DNA of 64,000 nt. It comes from Narcine bancroftii. Lineage: Eukaryota. The stretch covers positions 327,422,001-327,486,000 of the forward strand of contig NC_091471.1 in assembly GCF_036971445.1 (NCBI RefSeq), given 5' to 3'. Both the position numbers and the translations under genes were made by a program. Of this stretch, positions 48,741 to 61,976 are shown one piece after another; the stretch's first letter is position 1; each line of letters starts with the position of its first letter. Below the pieces are notes generated by a model. The model saw nothing but the letters and a program-made list of their open reading frames with translations, had not been told where the DNA came from and did no database searches.

Positions 48741-51700
48741 CTGCGAACGTACATAGAGGGATGGGGAGGGAGGTGTCAACACAAGGTCACTGCCCCACAG
48801 CCGCCTGACCCTCCCCTTGCCCCATTCAACCGACCGTGGGAAAGGGGACGCCCGCCCCCGCGGGATGCTGAGAGAGGGGACTCTCACCCCATGGGATGCT
48901 GGGACTCACCTCCTCCTCCTCAACTGGGCTCTCCTCGCCATCCTCGCCCGGCCCCCTCGCCCCCATCGCCTGTGCCTGGGCGATGGCCTTCCCCTGGGCC
49001 ATCTGCTGGAGCCGAGCCCTGACCCTGGACTCCTCACCGCGCTGGCACATAGCAAAGGTGGTCCACAGATGGTGGGCGACCTGCGGTGGGAGCAGCCAAT
49101 TAGAGAGGCCTTAGAGTCATCCCTACCCTGAAGGCCGAACCTCAACCCCCTCCCAACCCCTCACTGTCCCCCTCACTCGCTCCCCTCAACCCCTATCCTC
49201 CTAACCCCTCATTAACTGACCACCTCTCCCCTGGCCTCTGACCCCTCACCTTCCCACTCCCACCCCCCTCACATTCCATACTCCCCCTCTACACTCAACT
49301 ATCATCCCCTGAGTCCCTCACACTTTCTTTCTGAGCGGATGGAGGGGGTGGAGCGACAGAGATGGGGGGGGAAACAGACATGGGGAGGGTGGCGACGGAG
49401 AAAGGTGACAGATGGGGAGGGGGTGGGGCAACAGATGGGGTGGGGCGAGGTGAGCAACAGGGCACAGGTGGTGACAGGTTCTCACAGAGCTCGGGACCCA
49501 GGCCACCCCAACAGAGAGAGCATTCCGGGACCTGGATTCTGGGAGGGGACTGGTTTGGATACCAGGACAGAGCCTATGTCCATTCCACCCCCCCCCCCCC
49601 CCCCCAGGACTGACCTCGGACACACTGCCATCTTCAATCACCGTGTTGAACTCATTGTCCAGCATGTCGGCCAGCAGTTCCTCCACCTCGTCCCTCTCCA
49701 GACTGGCTGCGGGAGATCCGGGAAGAATTTTAAATCACAAGTCAAGAATTTTATTTGTAACAGGTGAAAAATTGCTATACACATTAATTGGTGCAAGAAG
49801 AGAAGGTGAAGCGAGCCGTTGTCCGTTCTGGAATCTGGTGGTGGAGGGGAAGAAGCTGCCCTTGTGCTCGTCCTTGGACACCTGGATCTTTTCCCTGATG
49901 GGAGCAGGGGGGTGGGTGTCCTTGAGTTTATTCTTGTCCTGAGAATTGACGCCTCCGTTCTAACCAGCCAGAATGCTCCCCTGTAGATGTTTACAAGTCT
50001 TTGGTGACGAACTGAATCTCCTCAAAGTTTAGCCATTGGCGAGCTTTCTTTGTGATGGCATCGACGTGGAGGCTCCAGAACAGGTCCTTGGAGATGTTGA
50101 CACCCACTAGGAATTTGAAGTCCTTGACCCTCTCCACGACTGAGCCCTGGATAAGAACTGGGTCGTGTTCCCCTGAACCCCAACCCCCGGTCCACAGTCG
50201 CCTCTTTGGTCTTGCTGACGTTGAGCGCAAGGCCGATCTGTCTCCCTCCTGCAAGCCTCCTCATGGCTGTCTAGCAGAAGCCATCCAAATGGTGCCCGGC
50301 TCACCTGGGCCCAGATCGAGCGGAGCAGTCTTTGAGATGTGCAGAGTCGTTGGTGGCATCCTTCACCAGGTACAGCCTCTGGCGAGCCCTCTTCATGACC
50401 GCGTCGACACGGAGGCTCCAGGATGGAGGTGTTGACCCTGCCCCCCCCCCCAGGATTTCAAAGACCTTGACCCTCTCTGCCACCAACCCCTCGATAAGGA
50501 CTGGGTCATGTTCCCTTAATCCCCACAGGCCAAGAGCCACTGGTTTAGAGTAAAGTGACACCCCATTAAGATCTCACACGTTATCCCTTGGGTATATTGA
50601 AGAAGTGACTAAATTATACCACCATCCAAATGTTAGTTTCTTATAAATGAGTCACAGGCCACTGTGATATTTCTTGGGCGCCCTTAAGAGTTGTAAATTC
50701 TTGATTATAATCAATTGTTGCAGAACGCCGGTGCCAGAATTTGGGAAACAGGAGCCAGCCCGACCACTGACTGAGATGGGCCAAGAAATGGATAGGGCGA
50801 CCCCTGGAATTTCCCACTAAAGTGCTGGTTTTGGAGAAGACTCCCCCCCCACCCCCACCTCCCAAAAATCTGGCCGCTCATTGGAGCATTTCAACAACAG
50901 ATCATTCTTGCTCTGATTTCATTGGGATGTTTTAAAATAAACCGCTGTCGGCTCCTGCAACAGGCCGCTTTAAAGTCTGTTTGGAGCCGAGGGCAGTCGT
51001 ACCGGGCAGGTGTGGGGCTGATGACTAACGCGCGAGGTGTCGATTCTTTGCCAACTGTTTGTTCAGGATTTTAAGTTTCAAGATTCAGCAGTGAGCAGGA
51101 CCACCACTGTTCACCATCGACCACTCTGCAGCAGAGAGAGTGGGCGACCCCCCAGTAACCTATCGCTCAACATATTCTCACTGATCAGGAAGCTGCACCT
51201 TCTGAGAAGGCTGAGGTGGGCAAGGCTACCGGCTGCCATCAAGTCCTTGGACACCTTCTACAGCAGCTCTATCCAGAGAGTCCTGGCCGGCTGCATCACA
51301 GTGGGGGTCCGGTCGCTGCAGGGAAATGGATTGGAGGTCCATCCACAGAGTGGCAGAGAGGATCACTGGAGTCTCCCCCTCCCCATTGACATGATCTACT
51401 GGGATCATTGTCTGAAGAGGGCAGGCAAAATCACAGAAGACCCCTCCCACCCCACCACACAGCGACTTTCACCTGCTCCCGTCGGGGAAGAGATCCAGGA
51501 GGATCAGAGCCAGCATTACCAGGCTGAGGGACAGCTTCTTCCCATGGGCTGAACGACCAAAGGAATTGCTCACACTGACGCTCCGAGACTCTCATAGTCT
51601 CAAAACAATATTTATTTGTACAGATTAAATACTTGTCCTGCGTATGTATCGTGTGTTATGCCTGCATGTTTTGCACCGAGGACCAGAGAACGCTGTTTCG

Positions 51701-53306
51701 TTGGGTTGGGCTTGTACAATCGGACGACAAGAAACTTGACGAGCCCCCAGGGGGAACACCCTCGCAGACATGGAGAGAGCGTACAAACCCTTTATGGAGA
51801 GCGTGGGGATTCGAACCCCGGTCACTGTAATATTGACGCCCACCGCGTTAACAGGGTCCTCAAGTCTCGCAAAGCGAATAAACTCTTAACGTGCTCGTGG
51901 CCCTGAAATTTGTTCTGAGGTTTGCAGAAATTTTCACACCTCCCCCACCCCCAGCTGGCCATCAGATCCCCGGAAGGGACTGTCGACTGCACTCACCGTT
52001 GTCTTCGAAGTATTGAGTCAGCGCCCCCACCATCCAGTCGGCTTTCTGTTGGCTGTACACTCCCCCGAAGCCATTCTCCAGCACCACCTGAGAATCAGAA
52101 TTTATTGTCAAGAACAACTCACAGCAGGATCAGAGGGCAAACTTTCATATCATAACCATCTTACAACATCACTGTAAAAATAACAGGGCACGAAAAGTCA
52201 GGTCGTGTCTGGATCGTTCCCGAATCTGATGGCAGAGGGGAAGAAGCTGTCCTTGTGCTCGCCTTCAGCCTCCTGGACCTTTTCCTCGATAGTGGCAGAG
52301 TGAAGAGGGCATCACCTAGGGGTGGGGGAGGGGGTTCTTTGAGGATAGAGACTGCTTTTTGAACCACTCCGCGTCCACCGAGGTCTCAGACACACAGGGG
52401 GCCGGAGCAGCAACTGGTCCCTGCAGGAGGAACGCAGTGGCCTGGGGCAGTCTTCAAGGGGAGGAAGCTTTCGCTATGTTGACCCGCTGTGTTCCACGGG
52501 CAGTTGGGGGGGGGGGTTCTGCCCTCTGCAGTTTTCCTCTTCCTCCAGCTCCCCACCCCTCTCATCATTAGATTGAGTCACCCTCGCCCGCATCACCTCA
52601 GCTTCTCTCTCTCTTGCCCTCCCATCTGTATCCACGCAGCCTCTTCCCGATTCACTCGCACTCCTCCCCTCCCCCTACCTCCCCTTCCCTCCTCTCCTCT
52701 CCTCCCACCTCCCCTTCCCTCCTCTCCTCTCCTCCCACCTCCCCTTCCCTCCTCTCCTCTCCTCCCACCTCCCCTTCCCTTCTCTCCTCCCACCTCCCCT
52801 CCTCTCCTCCCACCTCCCCTTCCCTCCTCTCCTCCCACCTCCCCTTCCCTCCTCTCCTCCCACCTCCCCTTCCCTCCTCTCCTCCCACCTTCCCTTCCCT
52901 CCTCTCCTCCCACCTCCCCTTCCCTCCTCTCCTCCCACCTCCCCTCCCCATCCCTCCAAATCCCCTCCCCTCCTCCCACCTCCCCATCCCTCCAAACCCT
53001 CCCTTCCTCACCCACCCTCCAACTCCCCTCCCCCTCCTCACCCACTCCTCTCCTCCCCACCTCCCCGCTCCACCATCATCTCTCCCCTCTTTTCCATCTC
53101 CACCTTCCCTCTCATCCCTCCTCCATTATTCTGCTCTTCATCTCCCCCCCCCTCCTCTTTCCATCTCTCTCCTGACCTCTCCCCACCCCCTCTAGCGCCG
53201 TCCCCTCTCCCCTTTCCCTTCCCCACCGGGCCCGGACCTGGAACGCCGGCCAGGCCTCCATCGCCACTTTCACGCTCTCCTCGAACAACTCCCTCAGCGC
53301 CGCCAT
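48627..53306 (-). CDS. TSR2: Pre-rRNA-processing protein TSR2 homolog (RPS26 escortin), 178 aa; complement(join(48627-48740,48910-49080,49615-49706,51997-52087,53238-53306))
   Basis: [41 protein letters not shown]...[26 protein letters not shown]...[11 protein letters not shown]; WGG-domain and C-terminal motifs; phases consistent. Confidence 0.95.
48910..49080 (-). CDS. TSR2: TSR2 exon 4
   Basis: [18 protein letters not shown]...VEEEE. Confidence 0.9.
49615..49706 (-). CDS. TSR2: TSR2 exon 3
   Basis: [30 protein letters not shown]. Confidence 0.93.
51997..52087 (-). CDS. TSR2: TSR2 exon 2
   Basis: [30 protein letters not shown]. Confidence 0.93.
52670..53000. repeat. Polypyrimidine tandem repeat (CCCCTTCCCTCCTCTCCT[CTCCT]CCCACCT)
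   Basis: 25-30-bp units in TSR2 intron 1. Confidence 0.85.
53238..53306 (-). CDS. TSR2: TSR2 exon 1
   Basis: [23 protein letters not shown]; donor CAG|gtccgg. Confidence 0.92.
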
Positions 53307-53450
53307 ATTCCCCCGAGCATGCGCAGCAGCTGCCGCGCCAATCGCCGGCAACGAGCATGCGCGTCGGTGCGGAGCCGGGACTGGGAGGATGGGAGGGGAT
53401 GGTTCGTGCTGCCCTCTGACGCCCCGGAGGAAAAGCACCAGCACTGGTGG
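53307..53450 (-). promoter_or_regulatory. TSR2 proximal promoter
   Basis: Two NRF1-like GAGCATGCGC (~53315, ~53353), CCAAT ~53338, CpG-rich. Confidence 0.6.
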
Positions 53451-54379
53451 CTTTTAACCTACCTCCCAACTCGTCGACATTTTTTCTCTCTCTAACCCCC
53501 GTCCCAGGGCGCAGAACCTTTGCTTATCGTCCCGGTACTGCATCCTTTTGCAATTCCGCAATGATCATTGGGGGATCAGAGAGGGAGTCTCCATCTTGGA
53601 GGATCTTTCCCGGACCCAACACACCAACAACAGCATCGTGAAGAAAGCCCATCAGCGCCTCGACTTCCTCAGGGGTTTGTGGAGGTTGGTGCGACACCAG
53701 AAACCCTGGCAAATTTCTACAGAGGTGGAGTGGAAAGTGTGCTGACCTGCTGGCACGGGGACACTGAAACCTCTGAAGTGTAAAACCTTGCAAAAGGTAG
53801 TGGGCACTACCCAGGAACATCACGGGGAAAACCCTTCCCCCACCGTTGAGAACGTCTCCGGGAAATGCTGCCGTCGGATCATCAGGGATTCACACCTCCC
53901 AGCACATGCTCTGTCCTCGCTGCTGCCGTCAGGAAAGAGATCTAGAGGCCACAGGACTCACACCCTCAGGTTCAGGAACAGTCTGATCCTCAACAACAAA
54001 CTCAGAGTCAGTCAGTCTGTTTACATTTGTTATCTGTTCACAGTTCTTTAGCTCTTTACATATTTACGCTGTGGATGGTTTATTTTTGCACTCCCATTTA
54101 GTGGTAATTCTGCCTCATCCACAGGAAAAAGGAATCTCAGGGTTGTAGGCGATGACCCGTGTATGCACCCTGACAGTCAATCTGAATCCGAATTGAATTC
54201 AAATGACAATAACTCTGAAATCATAGCCCAGGTGTACTGCCGCTGCTGGACAGCAGCGAGCCAACTAGGTAGCAATGCCACTACCGGGCAGCAGGGGGCA
54301 GTGGTGAGCAGACAAGGCTGTAATGCCGCTGCCAGACAGTGGACGGCAGGGCCGAGCCGGCGAGGCAAATAAAGCCCCC

Positions 54380-55310
54380 GCCAATTGCTGTTCGCCAGCG
54401 GCAAAACCCGTGACGTCACCTGGAGGCGGGAGGAACGAGGTCCTAATCCGCCCTCCTGATTGGCTGGGAATGGGAAGTTGAGCGATGCACCCTGGGAAAT
54501 GTAGTCTGATTATTAGATCTTTAAAATTGCTTTAAATGTTTGTAACTAAATCCGATATATTATAAATCTCGCTAAGAACATAATTTAATTATAATTTGGA
54601 ATAATTTTACCCAATTAATTATAATTAACATTAATTAATTGATGACATCATCGCTCTAGTGACTACGTGATTATCTTTTTTCGCGCCCTCTTTTAATAAA
54701 AATTAAATACCATTCTTAACCTATAAAATAAGTAGAAGAAAAATAACGGTGATGCTGAAAAAAACATTTTTAAACGGCGTCGACCCGAACTGCCATGGGT
54801 GCGCACTACACCTCCCGAAGGGCAGTGCGGCCATTGTCCGTTTCTCCGTCGGGGGCCAGCCGGAGGCGCGGGCAAGGGGCGAGGCGAGATTGCACCGAGG
54901 AAAAAAAAACAATCTGAATTCCTTGCTTGTCAATGAGTGGAGTAAATAAAAATATTGGTGTGAAAAAAAATGAACGGTGTCGTCTCAGAGTAATGAACTA
55001 CAACCCCCAGACGGCAGCGCGACCACTTCCGGTTCCCGGACGGCTGCGCGCGCAAGGGGGGAGGAAGGCGAGCTTGTGCGCTTTTAATCCGAAAGAAACG
55101 CTCATGACCAACGATAATGGTGGTGGGGAAGGGGGTGGAGGGTGAGAAGATGAAAAGGGGAGGGCGTGAAAATAAATTAAACGGCGTTGGTACGGGTGTC
55201 CATTGTTTGCACTACAACTCCCGGCGGAAACCGCGACCGCTTCCGTTCCGGCCCGGCTGCGCGCGCAGCGGGAAGGCGAGAGCTCGAGCGCGTCTTTGGA
55301 AGGCAACCGG
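54380..55310 (+). promoter_or_regulatory. CpG-island promoter with several ZNF143/SBS motifs plus CRE, CCAAT and ETS sites
   Basis: GTGACGTCAC 54410, GATTGG 54458, CTGGGAAATGTAGT 54492, ACTACA(C/A)(CT/CC)CCC at 54806, 54997 and 55211, CACTTCCGG ~55024. Confidence 0.75.
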
Positions 55311-57189
55311 TTTAAAATTAAGAAGGGGAAGAAAAAAGGAGAAGGGGCTTAAAAAAAATAGACCTTATTATTCTTCTTCAGGCGGCAGGAAGCGAAATAA
55401 TTAACAAATAATGTATAAAACTGCCAGGAATTTAATTGGAGCCCCTCATTGAAGGTTCTTTGACTTCGCCTGGGTCTAAATTGGAAAATTGGAGGGAGGA
55501 GGGAGGGGAGGGGATGGAGGGGGGGGCGCCAAATCATCTTTATTTAATTTAAATGTTCATTTATCTTGGTTGTAACTATTTGAACGTAGAGTGAGAGGTT
55601 TAAATCTAACAAGGAAAAGCCTCCAGGCTGAGATTTATACAGAGAAAGTGATGGGGGTGGGGGAGGTTATAGGGGTTTATTTCTTAATTTTTCTAAAAAA
55701 AATCTCTCTAAAAGCTTCTAATTTCCATTTAACCCTGTGTAAATCTTCCTACCTGCAAACGTTGTGGGGGTTTTAAACATTAAATCATGGGTGCAAGCTT
55801 AAAAAGGGAAAAAGAGGGTCTTTTTTTTTCCAAAGAAAAAGACCTAATTTTCTTCAGGTGAGAGGAAGTGAAATATAAGGTGTAAAACTATCAGGAATTT
55901 AATTGGAGCCCCTCATTGAAGGTTCTTTTACTTTGCCACAGGTAGTGGGTAAGGGGATCAAATCATCTTCATTTAAATGTTCATTTATCTTCACGATAAT
56001 GTCAATTTTTTTCCCCCCCAAATATTTCTAAAAGTAGAAGTTTTAATTTAACAAGGAAAACCCTCTGGGCTAAGACTTATCCAGAAAGAGAGGCAGTGGG
56101 TTGTGTGTGTGGGGGGGTGAAACTGAGGGGTTTGTTCTTATTTTGTTCTTATTTTTTCATGGGACCCCAGCGGAAATCATCCTACCTGCAAGCCTATGGT
56201 TTTTTTTCCCAAATTAAATCATGGGTGCAAGCTCTCCCTTGCAGATACAAGACTGTTTAGGCAGTAAGTAAAACAAGCCAAAAAAAGGAAGAAATGTCAA
56301 AATTGCAGGTTATTTTTCACGTCTCTTCTCCCTTTTCGAGATTTTGGTTCTGCCTGTGCATCTCTTTGGTGGTCTGGATTCTACTAGAGAAGTTATACAT
56401 GAGGATTATTACTTTGTAAATTAATTTGTATGATATTTCTGCAAATGTCATTTTTTTTCTGCATCTCCCTTGCTGGCAAGAGTTAACAGTAATTTTTTTA
56501 ATGATTTGAACTATCCCAGCTTCTCTAAGTTGTCTTTCACTCTTTGTTCCTCAATTTTGTGTTCGATATTTTGCAAAATGCGGTTTCTCAATCATGGTAA
56601 TTTTTAAACATTTTTTTTTGCAATGTATACTTTGCGAGTGAAGTGTGTTGCTGGTTGAGGAAGGCTGCCAGCAAGAGAAGAGGATGTGCATTTTGATTTG
56701 TGGAGCTGGTGTCAATGCACTGGTTTCGATTCACTGCAGCTCTGCCTTCTCACACTTCCCCCCCCCCCCCCCCCCAACACCAGTTTTGAAACCTTTCGCC
56801 TTAGAGAGAAATGTCTCGCTTGATAGAATGGGCAAGGCTGGCTTGTAAGGCTGTAAGTACGTGGAACAACTGAAGCAGTCTCTCTCTTTTCTGCGTTTAT
56901 CTGTTTTTTTTTACTTTTTTTAGAAAAAAGTTGGTCTTGGAGCTGGCAAGTCAATGAATGAGTGAGCCTCCGTTTGGCATTGTTTATCTCAGAGGGTTTT
57001 AGTAATTGATACAGCAATTGAACAATTAGATATTCTGGGCCTTGTGTAATCAATTCTGCCTTGTTCTCTCAGATTTATGTTCTTATTCCTGTTGACTTCT
57101 TTGCTTTTGCATAGGTTACATATTTGTAGGCGTTACACGATTCCATTACTGGATACATCTTCCTCTCTTTGCCTCCTGTAGGGACCGCT

Positions 57190-57880
57190 CATCCCTCCCC
57201 ACCTATCCCTCCCGGGCACTTACCCCCGCGGCCGCGGAAAGTGGCACTTTTGTGCCCGCGCTGACTCCCTCACCACCATTTGGAGCCCCAAACAGCCCCC
57301 CCCCCCCGCCCAAGTGAAGCAGCGCATCTACTGGAGTTATCTGCTGCTCCTGCTGTGGCCTTCTCTGTGTTGGAGTGGCTGGGAGCACCACCCTGCCCGC
57401 CTCAGTCACAGGGATCACCCGTTTCCATTCCTGCACGGACGTGTCTGTCCGTGGCCTCGTGTACTGTCCCACCAAGACCACCTGTAAATCAGAGGAACAA
57501 CACATGATTTTCCGTTTGGGCACTCTCCTACCGGATGGCATTAACGTCGACATCTCCGGTCTCTGCTAGCCCACTCCCCGGTCTCCCTCCCTTCCCCATT
57601 CCTCAGTCTCCTTCATCCCATTCCCTCTCCATTCAGAAAGCTGTCTCCCTTTTCTCTCCCTCCCCCCCCCACCAGCTTACTGGTGTGCCCTCCTCCTATT
57701 TCCTTCATCCTGTGGGACAGTGCTCCTCCCCCCCCAACCATTTTGTTCAGTTGCCTGCCTACATTTTGCTCACGCCTTGATGATGGGCTCTAGCCTGAAA
57801 CATTGGTTATGTATCTTTATATTTGCTGTATAGAGTACACTTTGACCTGCTGAGTTTCTCCAGCATTGTGTTTTTACATA
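57190..57880 (+). mobile_element. Penelope-like element 3' fragment (GIY-YIG C-terminus); another at about 29480-29920
   Basis: EEQHMIFRLGTLLPDGINVD and [20 protein letters not shown]; tail ...GAAAC...GACCTGCTGAGTTTCTCCAGCA. Confidence 0.7.
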
Positions 57881-60800
57881 TTGTAGGAATTTTTTTTTTT
57901 GGTTTAAGTTAATAGGTTTCAAAGCTTTCAAGTGTCATTAAATGCAGAAGGGAGATGGGAGCCTTAGACCGCATGAGGCAGGTTGGGACTTCCTGCTTTA
58001 ATGTGATCACGGGGGCAGCTGTGGGGGTTGGACGGTACGTCATGTGTAATCTGCCTTGGTAATGTGTGCATGGATCTGGGGTTTAAGAGCTGCAAGCCCA
58101 GGTTTGAAGTTCCTGCTGTCACTGATTGAGCGTGGGCAGGGAACTGGAGAGCCACTGGATTGTGAAGCTCAGCACAACCTGCCGGAGGAGCTCAGCAGTA
58201 TGAAGTGGGAGGGAGAGAATGGCCGATGTTTCCACAGGTTATGTTTAGCTGAAGCAATGGTGTGGGGAATGGGTAGGGACCAGTTTGCTTTTTAGTGTTT
58301 GGTCAGACGGAATCCTTGCTCTTGGTGGTTGAGACCTGTAGAACAGCCCAGAAATGGGCCCTTTGGTCTGCGCCGAACTATTATTCTGCCTAGTTGCACT
58401 GACCTGCGGCCAAAGATACACCTCCCATCCATGTACCTGTTCAAAATTTTCTTAATTTTAAAAAAGATTTAGGCATACAGCATGGTAACAGGCCATTTCA
58501 CCCCATGAGCTCATGCTGCTCGATTACACCCCATTAACCTACACCCTCAGTACATTTTGAACAGTGGGAGGAAACTGAAGCCCCCAGGCAAACCCATGCA
58601 GACATGGGGAGAATGTACACATTCCTTACAGATAGAGCGGGATTCAAACCTTGGCCCTGATCGCTGGTGCTGTAAAGGGTACACAAAAATCTCAAAATTG
58701 AGCCTGCATTCACCAAGTCAGCTGGTAATTTGTTCCACACTCCCACTAAGCTGGAAAAAGTTCCCCCAATCTTCCCTTTGTACTCCCACTGCTCTGTGTG
58801 ACTTTCCCCCAAATCTTCCCTTTAAACTTTTTCCCTTTCATCCTTAACCCTCATCCTTTAGTTTTCCCTAAAGAGAACCAATTGCAAAGGGCCCCAATGT
58901 TCAGCCATCCCCAAATTTTGATATCCATCTAAATTTGTGGCCTTTCAAAGGTGGGACGGTCAGTGCAATGCTGTTCCAGTGATGTGTTTGAATATGGTGC
59001 TGTCTGTACGTTCTGCCCGTGTCTACATGCTCTGGTTTCCCCCAGAATTTACTGGGAGAAGGTGGCATGGTTGGCGTAGTTAGCGCAACGCCTTTACAGC
59101 TCAAGCGATCAGGGTGGGGGTTCGAATACCCTTGCTGTCTGTAAGGACAGTGTTTTCCCTGGTCTGTGTGGGTTTTCCCCAGGGGCTTCGGTTTCTTTCC
59201 ACTGTTCAAAATGTGCTGGGGGTGTAGGTTAAATTGGGCAGCACGGACTCCTGGGCTGAAATGTTACTGTGCTGTATGTCTAAATTTTACATTTAAGTAC
59301 CCATCATGCTGTTCCATAAAAGCTGTTTTTAATCCACATCCTGTTTTTCTCTCAACTTTATATTTTCTTCTTTTACAAACCCTGCTTGATGTCATGGGAC
59401 AGGATTCCTTGAACCCATCATGGGCTCCCGTATTATCAGAGCACAGGCACGAAATCGCATCCAGCTGTTCGGTTGGCGGTTTCCTGGCTGAGCCCGATAT
59501 CTCCAGTGGGGATCAGTGAACGGATTCCTACCATTCTCGACCCCACCCTCCCTACACCCTTCCTCGTTACACTATAGTACCCTGTAGCACAAGTGGGAAG
59601 CTTTTGGGCCACCAGCATTTGCCCAAAAGATTGGAAGGCACTAAACTGAATGGAAAAAGCAAATTGTGCAGAGGGTACCGAGAGTGCAGGGAGATATAGA
59701 GAGGTTCAGTGAATGGGCAAGGGTCTGGCAGATAGAGCACAATGCTGGTAAATATGAGGTGATCCACTTTGAAAGGAAAATATTGTGGATCAGATTATTA
59801 TTTAAATGGCAAGCAATTGTAGCATGCTGCCGTGCATAAAGACTTGGGAGTACTGGTGCATGAATTGCAAAAGGTTGGTTTGTGGGTTCAGCAGGCTGTT
59901 AATGTAACGTTGGCTTTCATTGTTCGAGGGATTGAATTTAGGAGCAGGGAGGTCTGTCGCATCTGGAGTACAGCATGCAGTTCTAGTCTCCTGACTTGAG
60001 GAAGTGATGCACTGGCCTTGGAGGAGGTGCAGAGGAGGTTCACCAGGTTGATTCCAGGGATGAAGGGGTTGGCCTATGAGGAGAGATAGAGGTGTCTGGG
60101 ACTGGACTCGCTGGAATTTAGAAGAATGAGAGAGGATCTTACAGAAATTTATAAAATTATGAAAGGCATAGATCAGATAGAGGTGGGTAAGTTGCTCCTG
60201 TTGGTGGGGGAGACCAGAACGAGCGGTCATCACCTCAATAAATTCAGGGTTTATGGCGGACGGAGATGCTTTTCCCAGAGGGTGGGGAATCTATGGAATT
60301 TGCTATACATTGAAACAGTGGCGGTGACCTGAGTAAATATATTAAAGACAAGGTTGGATTGATTTTTACATTGTAGGCGAATTGAAGGATGTGGGGAAAA
60401 GGCAGGTCAGTGGAGGTGATCATCAGATCAGCTGTGATCACATTGAATGGCAGAGCAGGCTCAAGGTGTAGCATGGCTGACTCCTCCAGTTTCTTGTCCA
60501 AGACTAAGCTGGGATTCCTGGTTACCAGATATTTTGATTCCCTGCTCACTGTTCCCACGCTGACAGGTCTGTTCTCGGCATTATCTGTGGCCAGTGATGT
60601 AAACCTGAGGAACAGCCTATTGTATTGCACCTGTGCGAACAGATATTTTTGCAATTTTCGGCAATCACTCTGCTTTACCTGCCCCCATTTTCACTTTTTG
60701 CATGGTTGGGGTAGCAGTTAGTGCAATGCCTTTACACTTGACTAGGTGATCAGGGCTTTGGTTTGTATCTCATGCTGGCTGTAAGGTGTTTGTATGCTCT

Positions 60801-61976
60801 CACCACGTCTGCATATGGGCTCCAGTTTCCTCCAACCGTTCAAGACCTACCAGGGGTGTAGGTTAATTGGGTGGCATGGACTCTAAATGAATGGCTTAGC
60901 ACATGAGGAATGATTGTTGGTCTGTACTCATTGGAGTACAGAAGGATGGGGGCGGAGGGGTGAACTTCAGAGGCATATTAAATGCTGAAAAGCCTGGACG
61001 GAGTAGATGTGACAAGGATGTTTCCCACGGTTGGGGAGTCCAGGACAAGAGGACACAACTTCAGGGTAAAAGGGCATCCATTTGAAACAGATGTGGAAAA
61101 GTGCCTTGTCAAAAGGGTTGTGGAACTTGTTACCATTGGTGGCTGGTGAAGTGAGGTCATTGGGAAGAAATTGACAGGTACTTGATTAGTCAGGGCATCG
61201 GTTCCGGGGAGTGGGGCTGAGTGATAGGATCAGCTCATGATTAGAATGACAGACCTTTGCTCCTGTCTCTTGTGATCTGCAGTCTCCTTGTGCGCTTTGT
61301 TGTTAAAGTCCCTGTATTTTGCCACGTTAAAATGGGAGAAGAAATGCCTTGCCCTACCATTCACGATCGTCCATGCCAGATTCTCACTGTCCTCTACTCT
61401 TCCCAAAGTCCTCAATTTCCCCAAACTTTCAAACGTGTCTGTTTTCTCTTTAAACCCAACCTCTGTCCCCCTCCCATCTGGAGCAAGAGAACGCCAGTGA
61501 TTCACTACCTTCTTTGAGATGTCCCTGCGCACCACGGTTTTAAACTGCACCCTGAATTTGGAACCATGTCTCTTGGAATTATTGTGATGCCTACCTTATG
61601 ATCCACCCTTGTTTCAGTAACTAGGGGAAGCAAATCTAATTTCTTTAGCTGCTCATAACAGGACAAACCTCTCAGCCAGGGATTAACCAAATAAAGTAAA
61701 ACCTCTGGTATTCAGCACCTATGGGGATTGGGAGATGCCAGATAACTGTATTTGCTGGTTGCTTGAGATCGCGTGATTGACAAACTAACCACAATGGGTG
61801 TTAATTTTAAACATCTAATTTTATTTTGCCAGTCGCTTGAGACTGTTGATTGCTTGAATTCTGGGTAATGGGAACTTTACTGTAGTTCGATGTTCCCTCC
61901 AAAGGGTCTTCTACCGGACCAGCCCTTCAGCCCATGAATCTGTGCTGACCATAAAGCCCAAGTTAAACTATAATTT

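Noticed and set aside
52489-53195. Proline-rich ORFs of 190-228 aa
   Set aside because: They derive from the polypyrimidine repeat in TSR2 intron 1.
54380-55310. snRNA gene cluster suggested by the ZNF143 motifs
   Set aside because: No octamer, PSE or recognisable snRNA body. ZNF143 motifs are common in ordinary CpG-island promoters.
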